Assembly (NCBI GenBank): GCA_040217195.1
Contig: JAVJNR010000004.1
Location: forward strand, 640,001 to 704,000
DNA: 64,000 nucleotides
DNA from: Leptospiraceae bacterium
GTDB lineage: Bacteria > Spirochaetota > Leptospiria > Leptospirales > Leptonemataceae
Direction: 5' to 3'
Position numbers and translations under genes: made by a program. Shown here in pieces: positions 42,163 to 51,641 of the stretch (the stretch's first letter is position 1; each line of letters begins with the position of its first letter). The notes below the pieces were generated by a model. It did no database searches, was not told the DNA's origin, and was given only the letters and a program-made list of their open reading frames with translations.

Positions 42163-42918
42163 TTACAAATCTGCTGCGCAGCGAAACCCCAGGTTCCGGG
42201 AAGTGGACCGAGCCTTTAGTCCGGACCTGAATGCGTATCGCATAAAGTCAGCATACAGGGATGGATCGCTGGCCGCTGTGGCTGCCGAGCCGCAGAACAG
42301 GGCACTTTCTTTCGTATCTCTTGAGTCCCCTCCTACAGTGGCTGTGTTAAAATCTTCCGTCCATTCCCAGATCAATCCATGTTGATCAAAAATACCAAGA
42401 GTATTCTGGTACCCCTGACCGATGGGTCGCAGTTCGCTGGATGTCTTTCCATACCAGTTCAGAATTCGACGGGCAAACTGGGCCCTACTTTCGTAAGGAG
42501 CCTCTACACTTGGAAATGCAGCTGCATATTCCCATTCATTGGTTTCGGGTAATCGCAGACCAATCCAATGGCAATACTTTCTGGCTGCGAAATAGGAAAC
42601 GTTGGTTACCGGTTGTTTGTTTTGCATAGATTCCGGTGTCTTCTTCCAGTGATTCAAATAATTCTCATCTGCGAACAGATCTGCTTTTCGAGAGTTGCTC
42701 CACTCAGGGTTCGCCTGCACAAATATATGAAATTCGCGATTGGTCACCGGGAAAGGTTGCATTCTAAATGCCTGGATTCTCAGAGGTTGTTCATCATCCA
42801 GAAAAGGAACAAATACTCCGGCGGGTACTATAACAAGACTGTCCTTTCTGGCTATGGCCATTGCTGGAATAAGAACTAAGATTAAGAATGCAAGGGCCGT
42901 AGCCCGATTGGATTTCAT
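42163..42918 (-). CDS. FGE-sulfatase domain protein (NirV-like)
   Basis: PVTNREF, RLPETNEWEYAA, WEW, GFRCA; directly downstream of nirK. Confidence 0.85.
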   Translation of the reverse strand: MKSNRATALAFLILVLIPAMAIARKDSLVIVPAGVFVPFLDDEQPLRIQAFRMQPFPVTNREFHIFVQANPEWSNSRKADLFADENYLNHWKKTPESMQNKQPVTNVSYFAARKYCHWIGLRLPETNEWEYAAAFPSVEAPYESRAQFARRILNWYGKTSSELRPIGQGYQNTLGIFDQHGLIWEWTEDFNTATVGGDSRDTKESALFCGSAATAASDPSLYADFMRYAFRSGLKARSTSRNLGFRCAADL

Positions 42919-42966
42919 TTTCCTGCCTCCGTTTACCTGAAATTCTAACTCTCTGGATCATAAAAC

Positions 42967-43007
42967 TCCGCATCCAGGCTCTGCTTTCGCTGATCCCGGG
43001 ATGCGGA
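42967..43007 (-). terminator. Hairpin between nirK and the NirV-like gene (terminator or stabiliser)
   Basis: TCCGCATCC...GGATGCGGA 9-bp stem, followed by GTTTT on the minus strand. Confidence 0.55.
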
Positions 43008-43017
43008 ATTCCCTCTA

Positions 43018-44397
43018 TTATCGCTGCGCTTTTACCTCCGCCGGGGTAACCTCATAACCAGGGTTATTCCACTTACTATTGATATAAGTGAGAACATTGG
43101 CTATTTCCGAATCGCTGAGTCCCAGAGCAGGCATAACACCATTGTATTGTTCTCCATTTACTGTTATAGGCTCTCGCAGCCCATGAAGTACAGCTCTAAT
43201 ACTGGCACGCTTATTCTTTAGATAGTCCGAACTGGCCAGAGGTGGAAAGGATCCCTTCACTCCATTGCCGTTCATCTGGTGACAGGCAGCACAGTTATGT
43301 TCGTATACATTTTTGCCTGCCTCAATTCTCTCTGCAACAGTGGCCAGACTCGGAGCCCGGACTTCATCATCCACAGATTGAATCGCACCACCTTCCGGAT
43401 GGTAGATTTCATCGGATACCTTGCCAGAGTAGACGATTGGATCATCCTCTCCTTCCACTTTCAGCATTCCCAGAGCACCCTTGTTAAATGCTCTAAAGAT
43501 TGAGTGGTCCACGAGAATATACGTACCCGGAGCATCCGTGCGAAATTCCACAATCGTGGCTCCACCGGCCGGTATCAGAGTAGTCTGCACATTTTCCTGA
43601 TTGGCCCGGGTTCCGCCTTCCGTATATACCCGGTCAAATATCTCTCCAATGACATGGAAGGAACTCACCAGGTTGGGACCACCATTGCCTACAAACAAAC
43701 GCACTGTCTCCCCTTTGTTTGCAGTGATTGCATTTTTATCGGTGAGAGCGCCCACGGAGCCGTTAAAAACTACGTACTCAGCGTCTTCGCGTACTGCTTT
43801 CTCCATGTCAAAGGGCTGATGTCCTGGCTTTCCGAATCTCTGTTTCGTATAGAATTCAGATTGAAGAACATAGTATTCTCTGTCGACTTCTGGTAGTCCT
43901 CCGGCTGGCTCAACGAGTATAAGCCCATACATTCCGTTGGCAATGTGCATCCCCACCGGTGCGGTTGCGCAGTGATAGATATATAGCCCGGGATTTAATG
44001 CCTTGAACTTGAATGTGGATGTGTGGCCAGGGGCTGTGAAAGAGGAAACGGCTCCCCCTCCAGGTCCGGTCACCGCATGCAGATCTATGTTATGAGGCAT
44101 TTTGCTGTCAGGATGATTACTCAGTTGAAACTCTATTTCATCATCCTCTCGCACGCGAATAAAGGGCCCGGGGACTTTGCCACCAAAGGTCCAGAAGGTA
44201 TACGTCACTCCATCGGCCAGACGCATTTCCACTTCGCTGGTTTCAAGCTTGACGATCACATAAGCCGGTCCCCGATCAATGGGTGCCGGAACATTCGGAG
44301 CAAAGGTTAATTCTGCTTCAATCGTAGGCTTTTCACAGGCCAATAGCCCGGCTACGAAAAGTGGCAGAATGAACCATTTTATTTTTTTGGGATTCAT
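43018..44397 (-). CDS. nirK: Copper-containing nitrite reductase with C-terminal cytochrome c domain
   Basis: [32 protein letters not shown]-terminal CAACH; GGAGG RBS before ATG 44397. Confidence 0.96.
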   Translation of the reverse strand: MNPKKIKWFILPLFVAGLLACEKPTIEAELTFAPNVPAPIDRGPAYVIVKLETSEVEMRLADGVTYTFWTFGGKVPGPFIRVREDDEIEFQLSNHPDSKMPHNIDLHAVTGPGGGAVSSFTAPGHTSTFKFKALNPGLYIYHCATAPVGMHIANGMYGLILVEPAGGLPEVDREYYVLQSEFYTKQRFGKPGHQPFDMEKAVREDAEYVVFNGSVGALTDKNAITANKGETVRLFVGNGGPNLVSSFHVIGEIFDRVYTEGGTRANQENVQTTLIPAGGATIVEFRTDAPGTYILVDHSIFRAFNKGALGMLKVEGEDDPIVYSGKVSDEIYHPEGGAIQSVDDEVRAPSLATVAERIEAGKNVYEHNCAACHQMNGNGVKGSFPPLASSDYLKNKRASIRAVLHGLREPITVNGEQYNGVMPALGLSDSEIANVLTYINSKWNNPGYEVTPAEVKAQR

Positions 44398-44444
44398 AAT
44401 CGCCTCCAATGATCATAGAGTAAACCAATCCAGCCGTTCAGGCA

Positions 44445-44458
44445 TTGATAACTATCAA
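44445..44458 (-). promoter_or_regulatory. FNR/DNR box, nirK promoter
   Basis: TTGAT-AACT-ATCAA; -10 TACTCT 22 nt downstream. Confidence 0.9.
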
Positions 44459-44474
44459 GCGAAGGTAATGATTC

Positions 44475-44502
44475 AAAAAAATGACCCCTCGAAGGAGGGG
44501 CC
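44475..44502 (-). terminator. Terminator after the alginate-export-family gene
   Basis: GGCCCCTC-CTTC-GAGGGGTC-ATTTTTT on the minus strand. Confidence 0.75.
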
Positions 44503-44623
44503 CATGGGGGAAGGATTCTCGATTAACATGGCTCGAAAGAGGGTCGCAGGGAAATGGAGCTATGCCTGAACTTGATAGGCTTTTACTCATAAGCCTGTGC
44601 CTGCTCTGCCTGGCCGGTGTTTG

Positions 44624-46369
44624 CTAGAATTTTGCAGTAACCATTAGATATGCAAAATCACTCCTGGGGTCGAATGCCGGGTCTCGCAGATCCGGTTGAT
44701 TAAACGTCTCATCCACTCTGTGGCGAATAGAGCTCAGTGCATAAGCCTGACCGTAACCAATGTCCAGCTTAAGTTGATTTACCGATACGGAATAGGTGAT
44801 GTTGTATTCATGGAATAGCTGCGAGCTCAGCTGAGCCACGGAATTCTCGGATATCTTTCTGTTGGCATCCAGAACGGTTGAGTACCTGGAGTTGCTGCTG
44901 GTTTCGGTGCTCATCAGTTCCCCGTCCCCGTCTCGGGCCACTGCCCCGCCATTAGAATAGTAACTGTCCTGAGCCCGGTGTTTCTTGAAATGCCAGTACG
45001 CAATCTTCATATTTCCTGCTTTGCCCAGATCCAGGCCCAGAGTCAGAGCTCGAGCTATAAGATTGCGGGAGCCCACCAGATCCATATCGCCCATGGGACC
45101 ATGATTTGTGGGATAAAGTTGCGTGTAGGTATTGATCCTGGCATCATTTCGGTTCGCATCTCCGCTGGCCAACTCCGCCACCAATCCAATTCGGAAGGTT
45201 TCCAGAGGTTTGAACCCCAGGTCTGCATAGATCGCATACGCTTCATAACTTTGCTTTTCTGTGTACACCGGATCGCCATTTGCATCTACTTGATTCAGCC
45301 AATCCCATCCGGCCTGCACCCTTTCTCCGTTAAAGCCAGTTTGAATAGCCCCTTCCAGGGAATAATCAAACATTGGATGAGCGCTCTTGCCTTTAACAGT
45401 TTTATTGGTGATTCGCAAACCCACTGTGTGCAGATTATCTCTCTGACGATCACGAGCTCTGGGAGGCACTGGGATTCCAGGATAGGGAGATACGCTGGCA
45501 GGGATCCATTTTTTATACACACCTATGTAATATGGCTCCAGCTGAAACTGTGGATGAATGCGAAATTCATTGTAGAATACTGCCAGGTAAGCATCGTCCA
45601 GCTCACGGGCTGTGCTGGCCTGCACAGTACATAGTTTCGTAGTAGGATCGCAGCTAAACGTCAGGCCAGACGGATTAGAGCGACCCACCTGAGTACCGTT
45701 TCCTCCACCATCACTATCTTCTTCAGCAAGCACTGCGCCTGCCATGGAAGTCTTCCAGATTCCCCATTCCATGTGCATTTCCAGAGCATCAAAGCTACGC
45801 CCGACATTGCTCCAGCCTACTTTGCCGATCTGTCGTTCGCTTCCGTAGGCCAGCATCTGACGGCCGAATCGAATTCCCAATGGCCCCAGTAGGTTCTCTG
45901 ACTGGATGTAGGCTTCGCGCATATCCAGGGAATCCTCGGTGAAGTCATTTGCAGTACCAAAACCATTATCTGAACCTGGATTTCCTCCCCATACACGGGA
46001 GTCCTGAATTCGCAACACAATAGATGTATCTTCAGATAAGTTCTTTTCCAGTCCCAGCTGTGCGATACTACCTACGAACTCTCTCGTATCGTCCGTTCTT
46101 CGGTTAAAGTCCGAATTTGCATGAAATTCCGGGCGAATGCGGGCCATTCCAAAAATGGTAAGTCCATCAGTCCAGTTGATTGCCTCCGCTGACAGAGGAA
46201 CGGCGAACAATAAAACAAAGGCTGAAAGCGCCGATCGCCATTTTCCAGGATTCAGGAGCCTGGCTTGCGCCAGCCGCCATTGTTCAGTCTTCCCGGCCTC
46301 CCCGGTCGGTTCCTTCCGGTTCCTGTTTCCGGACCGGACATCACATTGGGAATCATGTTCAGGTTTCAT
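44624..46369 (-). CDS. Alginate-export family outer-membrane beta-barrel
   Basis: QDSRVWG, GRQMLAYGSER.IG..GWSNVGRSFDA, ASGD, terminal Phe. Confidence 0.82.
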   Translation of the reverse strand: MKPEHDSQCDVRSGNRNRKEPTGEAGKTEQWRLAQARLLNPGKWRSALSAFVLLFAVPLSAEAINWTDGLTIFGMARIRPEFHANSDFNRRTDDTREFVGSIAQLGLEKNLSEDTSIVLRIQDSRVWGGNPGSDNGFGTANDFTEDSLDMREAYIQSENLLGPLGIRFGRQMLAYGSERQIGKVGWSNVGRSFDALEMHMEWGIWKTSMAGAVLAEEDSDGGGNGTQVGRSNPSGLTFSCDPTTKLCTVQASTARELDDAYLAVFYNEFRIHPQFQLEPYYIGVYKKWIPASVSPYPGIPVPPRARDRQRDNLHTVGLRITNKTVKGKSAHPMFDYSLEGAIQTGFNGERVQAGWDWLNQVDANGDPVYTEKQSYEAYAIYADLGFKPLETFRIGLVAELASGDANRNDARINTYTQLYPTNHGPMGDMDLVGSRNLIARALTLGLDLGKAGNMKIAYWHFKKHRAQDSYYSNGGAVARDGDGELMSTETSSNSRYSTVLDANRKISENSVAQLSSQLFHEYNITYSVSVNQLKLDIGYGQAYALSSIRHRVDETFNQPDLRDPAFDPRSDFAYLMVTAKF

Positions 46370-46405
46370 AATGCCTTAGAATATTACGGCCGGAGCCGCT
46401 TTTCC

Positions 46406-46419
46406 TTGACATTTATCAA
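46406..46419 (-). promoter_or_regulatory. FNR/DNR box
   Basis: TTGAC-ATTT-ATCAA; -10 TATTCT 22 nt downstream on the minus strand. Confidence 0.8.
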
Positions 46420-46578
46420 ATGATGATGTGAATACCTGGAGCAAGGTAGGCTGATGCGTATCCGACATGGAAAAAACCGCGGCCGATTCTGCGGTCCAGG
46501 ATTGTATTCTTGAACGGATCGTTAGTTCTTGCTCAGCAATGGGCCCATCGGAACGCCTATTCGAATTACTCTTCGCAC

Positions 46579-46592
46579 TTGATACAGATCAA
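46579..46592 (+). promoter_or_regulatory. FNR/DNR box
   Basis: TTGAT-ACAG-ATCAA; -10 TAATAT at 46615-46620. Confidence 0.85.
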
Positions 46593-46626
46593 TTACCGAT
46601 CCTTTTGGGCCGGCTAATATTTATCC

Positions 46627-47091
46627 ATGGTTTTGCGAAGCGAAGATGGTCGGGAGGATGCTTCAACGGATAGAAACCGAAACAGGCGAGTTGCCCTTGC
46701 CAGATATCAGAAGTTACCGTTAATGTATTCTTGCTCTGGATGCTCCAGTGCGGCTCAACTGGCCAATGATTTAGCTCTTCGCGCCGACCGCGAAGAGCTG
46801 GCAGAAATGTCCTGTATTGCAGGCGTTGGTGCCGGAATTAAACCCCTGGTCCATACTGCACGTTCCGGTCGACCTATAATTGCTCTAGATGGCTGTCCGC
46901 TTCACTGTGCCCGAATGGCATTGAAAAATCTAGCGATTATAGCTGATGTACATATAGACCTCTCACGTCATGGAGTGAAGAAGCGATACCATGAATCGGC
47001 CACACCGGATGAATACAAACATTCATGGGAGGCTGTTGTGCAACCGGCGGTCAGCGAACTCATGTTATTGCATCTGGGGTCTGAACAATAG
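46627..47091 (+). CDS. Putative zinc-binding protein (DGC domain)
   Basis: YSCSGCS, MSCIAG, IALDGCPLHC. Confidence 0.8.
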   Translation: MVLRSEDGREDASTDRNRNRRVALARYQKLPLMYSCSGCSSAAQLANDLALRADREELAEMSCIAGVGAGIKPLVHTARSGRPIIALDGCPLHCARMALKNLAIIADVHIDLSRHGVKKRYHESATPDEYKHSWEAVVQPAVSELMLLHLGSEQ

Positions 47092-47307
47092 AATTTCAGC
47101 AATCCACTATAGCTCTAGCTTCAGAGCAATCCTGCGTTTCATACTACAGATTACAAATACCCGAAACTAGAATAGGGACTTTTTCCGGGCCGGATAACAC
47201 AGGAATCAAAAAGTCCGACTCCAGACTGGCCTTTTGCGAGTATTTCCTTTTAGCTTTCTGGATTCTGTATCCGTTTTCTATCGCAAGGAAAATTCGCTTC
47301 AGGAGCT

Positions 47308-47862
47308 CTAAGGATTCAGCTCTGCCAGGATTTCTTTCCAGTTATGTGGATTCCAGTTTCCGGTGCCTTTTATTCTAGCCCTGATCTGACGATCTACGAT
47401 AATATAACTTACAGGAATGGCATTCACCGCATAGGAGCTCCGGAGCTCCTGGGAACGATTGCGAACCACCAGCAAATTTTGGATCACCTCTCTCTGGAGA
47501 AATTGCGAAACGGCCCCATCGTGATTGTCTATAGAAATCGCAATTACTAGAAGTTCCCTTCTGCTGAATTGGCCTTGCAGTTTACTTAGCTCTTTCATCT
47601 CAGCTCTACAGGGAATGCAATACGTAGCCCAGAAATGGACGATGATCAACCTGCTTCTGATCGATAGTAGTTCAACCTTAGATCCATTTAGACTTTCTAA
47701 CCTAAAGTTCGGAGCAGACCGCACATCAACTGGCACATCAAATCCTGCCTCTGTCCAGAAGCTTGAATCTATGGTCTGGGCCCGAAGTTCCGAGCATAGC
47801 AGAAGAACCAGAACCGGGCCAATTGCCTTGAGAAACACTGCTTTTGATCCAATCCCCATCAT
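47308..47862 (-). CDS. TlpA-family disulfide reductase
   Basis: HFWATYCIPCRAEM, AIP. Confidence 0.85.
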   Translation of the reverse strand: MMGIGSKAVFLKAIGPVLVLLLCSELRAQTIDSSFWTEAGFDVPVDVRSAPNFRLESLNGSKVELLSIRSRLIIVHFWATYCIPCRAEMKELSKLQGQFSRRELLVIAISIDNHDGAVSQFLQREVIQNLLVVRNRSQELRSSYAVNAIPVSYIIVDRQIRARIKGTGNWNPHNWKEILAELNP

Positions 47863-47911
47863 AAACCTGACTCCCTGGAGACAATCCTACTTTCTCAGCG
47901 TTCTTTCTGCC

Positions 47912-47925
47912 TTGATTCAGGTCAA
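47912..47925 (-). promoter_or_regulatory. FNR/DNR box, tlpA-like promoter
   Basis: TTGAT-TCAG-GTCAA; -10 TAGGAT 22 nt downstream on the minus strand. Confidence 0.75.
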
Positions 47926-48008
47926 AAAGCGACGGGCTTAGCCTTTTTCTACCGGCATCACCAGATAGAATAAATGCAACCGAAGGCTGGGTTTGCGTTC
48001 CAACGTAT

Positions 48009-48665
48009 ATGCGAGTTACAGATCTATTTGGAGTTCTTCCCACAAGAAGCCAGGAAGCCTGGAATGCATTAACCCATGGTATGGGATTATTCATCAGTAT
48101 TCCTGCCGGTATTGTTTTGCTTTTCAAAGCTTCTCGATCGGACGATGGACTGACCATAATGGCAGCATTGATCTTTTCTGCAGCTCTTTTGCTACTCTAT
48201 GCCTCTTCCACTCTCTATCATACCAGCCAGAGAATTCGACTAAAGTTCGTTCTGCGAAAGATAGATCATTCAGCTATCTACATTTTCATTGCCGCAAGTT
48301 ACACACCATTCAGCCTGATACTTCTTCGAGATCATCCATACCTGGGATGGCCACTTTGCGTATTGATCTGGACTGCCGCTGCGGCCGGTATTCTTTATAA
48401 ATCATTCTTTATCCATAAGTTCGATACCGTTGCCACGCTATTGTATCTTGCCATGGGCTGGGTGGCCATTTTTGGAGTGACAGAAATCATTCAGAGGCTG
48501 GAGCCAGCAGGGCTTCTTTTACTCGTTGCAGGCGGACTCAGTTATACCCTGGGAGTGGGCTTTTACTTCTGGAGTTCCTTACGAGCTCACCATGCAATAT
48601 GGCATCTGTTTGTCCTTGCAGGTTCTCTATTTCATTACTGGACCATACATAGCTACGTACTATGA
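48009..48665 (+). CDS. Hemolysin III / PAQR family membrane protein
   Basis: NALTHG, SSTLYH, DHSAIY, HAIWHLFV. Confidence 0.92.
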   Translation: MRVTDLFGVLPTRSQEAWNALTHGMGLFISIPAGIVLLFKASRSDDGLTIMAALIFSAALLLLYASSTLYHTSQRIRLKFVLRKIDHSAIYIFIAASYTPFSLILLRDHPYLGWPLCVLIWTAAAAGILYKSFFIHKFDTVATLLYLAMGWVAIFGVTEIIQRLEPAGLLLLVAGGLSYTLGVGFYFWSSLRAHHAIWHLFVLAGSLFHYWTIHSYVL

Positions 48666-48688
48666 TCATGGGCCTCCGGTTTCGCATC

Positions 48689-49060
48689 TCAGATTTCGGA
48701 CTCAAGATAGTCCCGAATCAGTCTTAGTTGAGCCCCGGACAGAGGTTGCCTACCCCGGCCACGACGGTAGTGCTCCATTCTGCGAATTGTATTTGTCCAG
48801 CCTCCCGGAACCTTCTGGGCCGGGTTGGGCAAGGCATGACATTCGCTACAAACTTCGCCAAACAGAACTCTTCCTCTGGATAGCTGGTCCCCTGGAGCTA
48901 CCGACTCTGGCGCCAAGCCAAAAACACCTGACAGACAAGAAAAAGAAGGGATAACCCAGAACATGGAAATTGCCAGTAAAGACCGGGCAAACGGCCGCAA
49001 TACCGGAGCCAGCCCGAGTCTGCTGTTCACCATCTGCCCGGTAATTCGTGGCTCCGGCAT
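48689..49060 (-). CDS. Small c-type cytochrome (probable lipoprotein)
   Basis: CSECH...W..TIRRM; GAGG before ATG 49060; start uncertain. Confidence 0.7.
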   Translation of the reverse strand: MPEPRITGQMVNSRLGLAPVLRPFARSLLAISMFWVIPSFSCLSGVFGLAPESVAPGDQLSRGRVLFGEVCSECHALPNPAQKVPGGWTNTIRRMEHYRRGRGRQPLSGAQLRLIRDYLESEI

Positions 49061-49118
49061 TGCCTCTACCTGGCACGATTTTATGAGGCCTGGACTGTCG
49101 CTGTCCGTCTGGCCCAGG

Positions 49119-49199
49119 ACTTTCGCTACTTTCGCTACTTTCGCTACTTTCGCTACTTTCGCTACTTTCGCTACTTTCGCTACTTTCGCTAATTTCGCC
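49119..49199. repeat. 9-bp tandem repeat (VNTR)
   Basis: (ACTTTCGCT)x8 plus one degenerate copy. Confidence 0.97.
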
Positions 49200-49313
49200 T
49201 GTTCATTGCCTTTTTGCATTCAGGGCTCCACTGCCGCCGACCCAAAAATAGAAATCCACTTTCCCATACGAAAGCAGGCCCGGAATTAATCATCCGCGCC
49301 TGCCAACGGGTTT

Positions 49314-50588
49314 CTAGAACCCGAGAGAATCGGGCTGCCCGGAACTCTCGGAATGCCTTACGCTACTGGAAGTGGGAATTTCCAAATAGTAAGCCAGCTG
49401 CACTGTGTACTCCCGGGGCATTTGAATGCCTCGAAACCTCTGTTCCACCGGCACGGCCACCGATAGTTCCAGAACCTGCAATGGAACTGGCTGCCATTGA
49501 ATTCCAGCCGTAATGGAATGAATCTCCCCGCCGTAATTATCCGGGTCCCAGGCAGGACTCATGTATTCAGAGAAGATATTTCCATCCGTTGCTCGGCCCG
49601 CATCTCCGCGGTAAGCCTCTTCATGCTCGCCCTGCAAAGCCCCCTGCCATTGAGAGTTCCATTGAATGTGGGCCACTAGACTGGGCAGCAACTGATACAT
49701 GGCATAAACATCCAATCGGTAAAAGTCACCCAGAGAGTAGTTATGCTTATTTCTGTACGCTCGACCTGTGTATAGAAGAGTGGCCCCCCACCAGTAAGGA
49801 GATGCCGATCCCTGGTAGGCAAGGCCTGCCACCGGATCAAAAGTTCCTGACCCAAGCTGCATGGAATACGGCATAGGCTCGCTGCGACGATCCGGAAATG
49901 AGCTATTAAAGTCGGTCAGGTTTAGAGGAGCCGTGGGATTTCCCAGAGGATGGTTCCTGTTCTTTTCATCGATGGAGCCTGTGGGTAGACTCAGTCCTGC
50001 GATGATGGATAATTGATTGGTGGGAGCCAGAGAGTCATCTTCCAGGACTCTATATTTTCCCATTAGCATTGTATCGCTCATCCCGGATGTTTTCATTGTA
50101 TAATGCGAACGACCTAGCATATTTCGCATCATATAGTTAAACTTCATCTTCATGTACTTTTCCTGATACATGGTCATCAGCATAGCTGCGAAGCGGTCCG
50201 AGAAACTGTAAGCCGCAGAGATGTCGTACATATTCATGTACATCCTTTGCGGAGCTGCCATATATTTTCTTCCGGTAAGCTCTCCTGTAATTCGATTGTT
50301 AATGGCCATGATATTCGCATCCATGGACAGGCTCATACTTCCAGGAACGGAAAGCACAGCTTCCGTGGACAAAGATCCGGAACCTTGAAGTCCTCGCATG
50401 CTCATATGCATTGGCTTTATTTTCAGTCTAAATTCATGGGTTTCCGGTATTCCAGCGCCCAGGATGTTCAGTGGCATGTTACCTCCGCAATGGAGACAGC
50501 AAAGACCCGTGTCGGCCTGAGCCGGCGGTACATATAGTAGAGTTAGCAGGCAGAAGACCATAGCTCCGCCAGTAAGATAATGTTTCAT
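49314..50588 (-). CDS. Met-rich putative outer-membrane transporter (COG4313/MetA-pathway-like)
   Basis: Signal peptide, CCLHC, many Met, GLSLPTG, MQLGSGTFD, beta-strand pattern. Confidence 0.7.
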   Translation of the reverse strand: MKHYLTGGAMVFCLLTLLYVPPAQADTGLCCLHCGGNMPLNILGAGIPETHEFRLKIKPMHMSMRGLQGSGSLSTEAVLSVPGSMSLSMDANIMAINNRITGELTGRKYMAAPQRMYMNMYDISAAYSFSDRFAAMLMTMYQEKYMKMKFNYMMRNMLGRSHYTMKTSGMSDTMLMGKYRVLEDDSLAPTNQLSIIAGLSLPTGSIDEKNRNHPLGNPTAPLNLTDFNSSFPDRRSEPMPYSMQLGSGTFDPVAGLAYQGSASPYWWGATLLYTGRAYRNKHNYSLGDFYRLDVYAMYQLLPSLVAHIQWNSQWQGALQGEHEEAYRGDAGRATDGNIFSEYMSPAWDPDNYGGEIHSITAGIQWQPVPLQVLELSVAVPVEQRFRGIQMPREYTVQLAYYLEIPTSSSVRHSESSGQPDSLGF

Positions 50589-50653
50589 TTTTTCCTCCCT
50601 GATTGGAACGGATTGAGGTCCCGAAACATTGGAGGCATCGGGACCTCCGGCGA

Positions 50654-51103
50654 TTATGCAAATCGCCAGGAAGGAGGATCTCGAGCTCTGGAAACTATGC
50701 TGTCTGTTGCGATCGAAATTGGAGGCGATGCAAAAGCCAGACCGCCTTTCTGAGATTGAATTTGAAGTGCGTAGAAATCTGCTTTGTTCAGATCCTGAAT
50801 GGATAGATAGCCCTGGCAGACGGGACAGACACCGTGATCATGGACCGGTTCTTCATTCGCATCTTTATCCAGGTTAGTCGACGTAGTACCCGGTTTCGCC
50901 GGCTGGACCTGGTGAGCTTCTGATCCGGTCCGGTGACAATCTCCTGGTCGATCCAGGGAACTTTGTGTATTACGGGCAACAGATCCTATTTCCGGACAAT
51001 GATGGAGGGCTGGCACCGCATTGGCCACCAGGAAGCTGGCAAGGACTAACTGCGAAGTAAACAGTCGTGCTGCGGCCTCTCCTGATCTTTTCCAGCGTTT
51101 CAT
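50654..51103 (-). CDS. DUF2946/CruR-like exported leader protein
   Basis: Signal-like N-terminus, HH, HDHGVCPVCQ, C-terminal SRARDPP. Confidence 0.7.
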   Translation of the reverse strand: MKRWKRSGEAAARLFTSQLVLASFLVANAVPALHHCPEIGSVARNTQSSLDRPGDCHRTGSEAHQVQPAKPGTTSTNLDKDANEEPVHDHGVCPVCQGYLSIQDLNKADFYALQIQSQKGGLAFASPPISIATDSIVSRARDPPSWRFA

Positions 51104-51198
51104 ATCGGATTTGCGAATCCGGGATACCGGTGCCTGTTAAAAGGTCTATTCGGCTACCATCATCTGTTAACAGGATATCAGAAATGAAACATTGGGCC

Positions 51199-51212
51199 TT
51201 GATAGTTATCAA
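51199..51212 (-). promoter_or_regulatory. FNR/DNR box
   Basis: TTGAT-AGTT-ATCAA; -10 TATCCT 21 nt downstream on the minus strand. Confidence 0.85.
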
Positions 51213-51341
51213 CCGGGCTTAATTAAATCATTGGCGACATCCTTCATGAGAGTTAACAATCATACTCTCAGAGAAGGTGAATTCTATTTCGCAGCCAATT
51301 GAAACGCCGGAGCTTTCTGTCCCATTACAATAATCGGCAGC

Positions 51342-51641
51342 CTACAACTGTAGAGTTTTACGACCCTCGGGCGAAATCCGCTGCGGAGTCCAGGGAGGAT
51401 CGAATACAAGAGATAGTATGACCTCATGGTCTGGCCATTCTGCTTGAACCGTTGCTTCCACTTCCTCCAGAATGAGCGGTCCCACAGGACAACCCGGCGA
51501 AGTCAGAGTCATCTCAATTTCAATATCCCTGTCATCTATTTTGATCTGATTTAGAAGACCCAGATCTACAATGTTCAGCCCCACTTCAGGATCCAGAACC
51601 TGCCGTAGCTTTTCTTCTATTGAACTCTCTTCGACATTCAT
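51342..51641 (-). CDS. DUF59/SufT/PaaD-like metal-sulfur cluster assembly factor
   Basis: DPEVGLNIVDLGL, TLTSPGCP, FDPPW; ATGA overlap. Confidence 0.9.
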   Translation of the reverse strand: MNVEESSIEEKLRQVLDPEVGLNIVDLGLLNQIKIDDRDIEIEMTLTSPGCPVGPLILEEVEATVQAEWPDHEVILSLVFDPPWTPQRISPEGRKTLQL

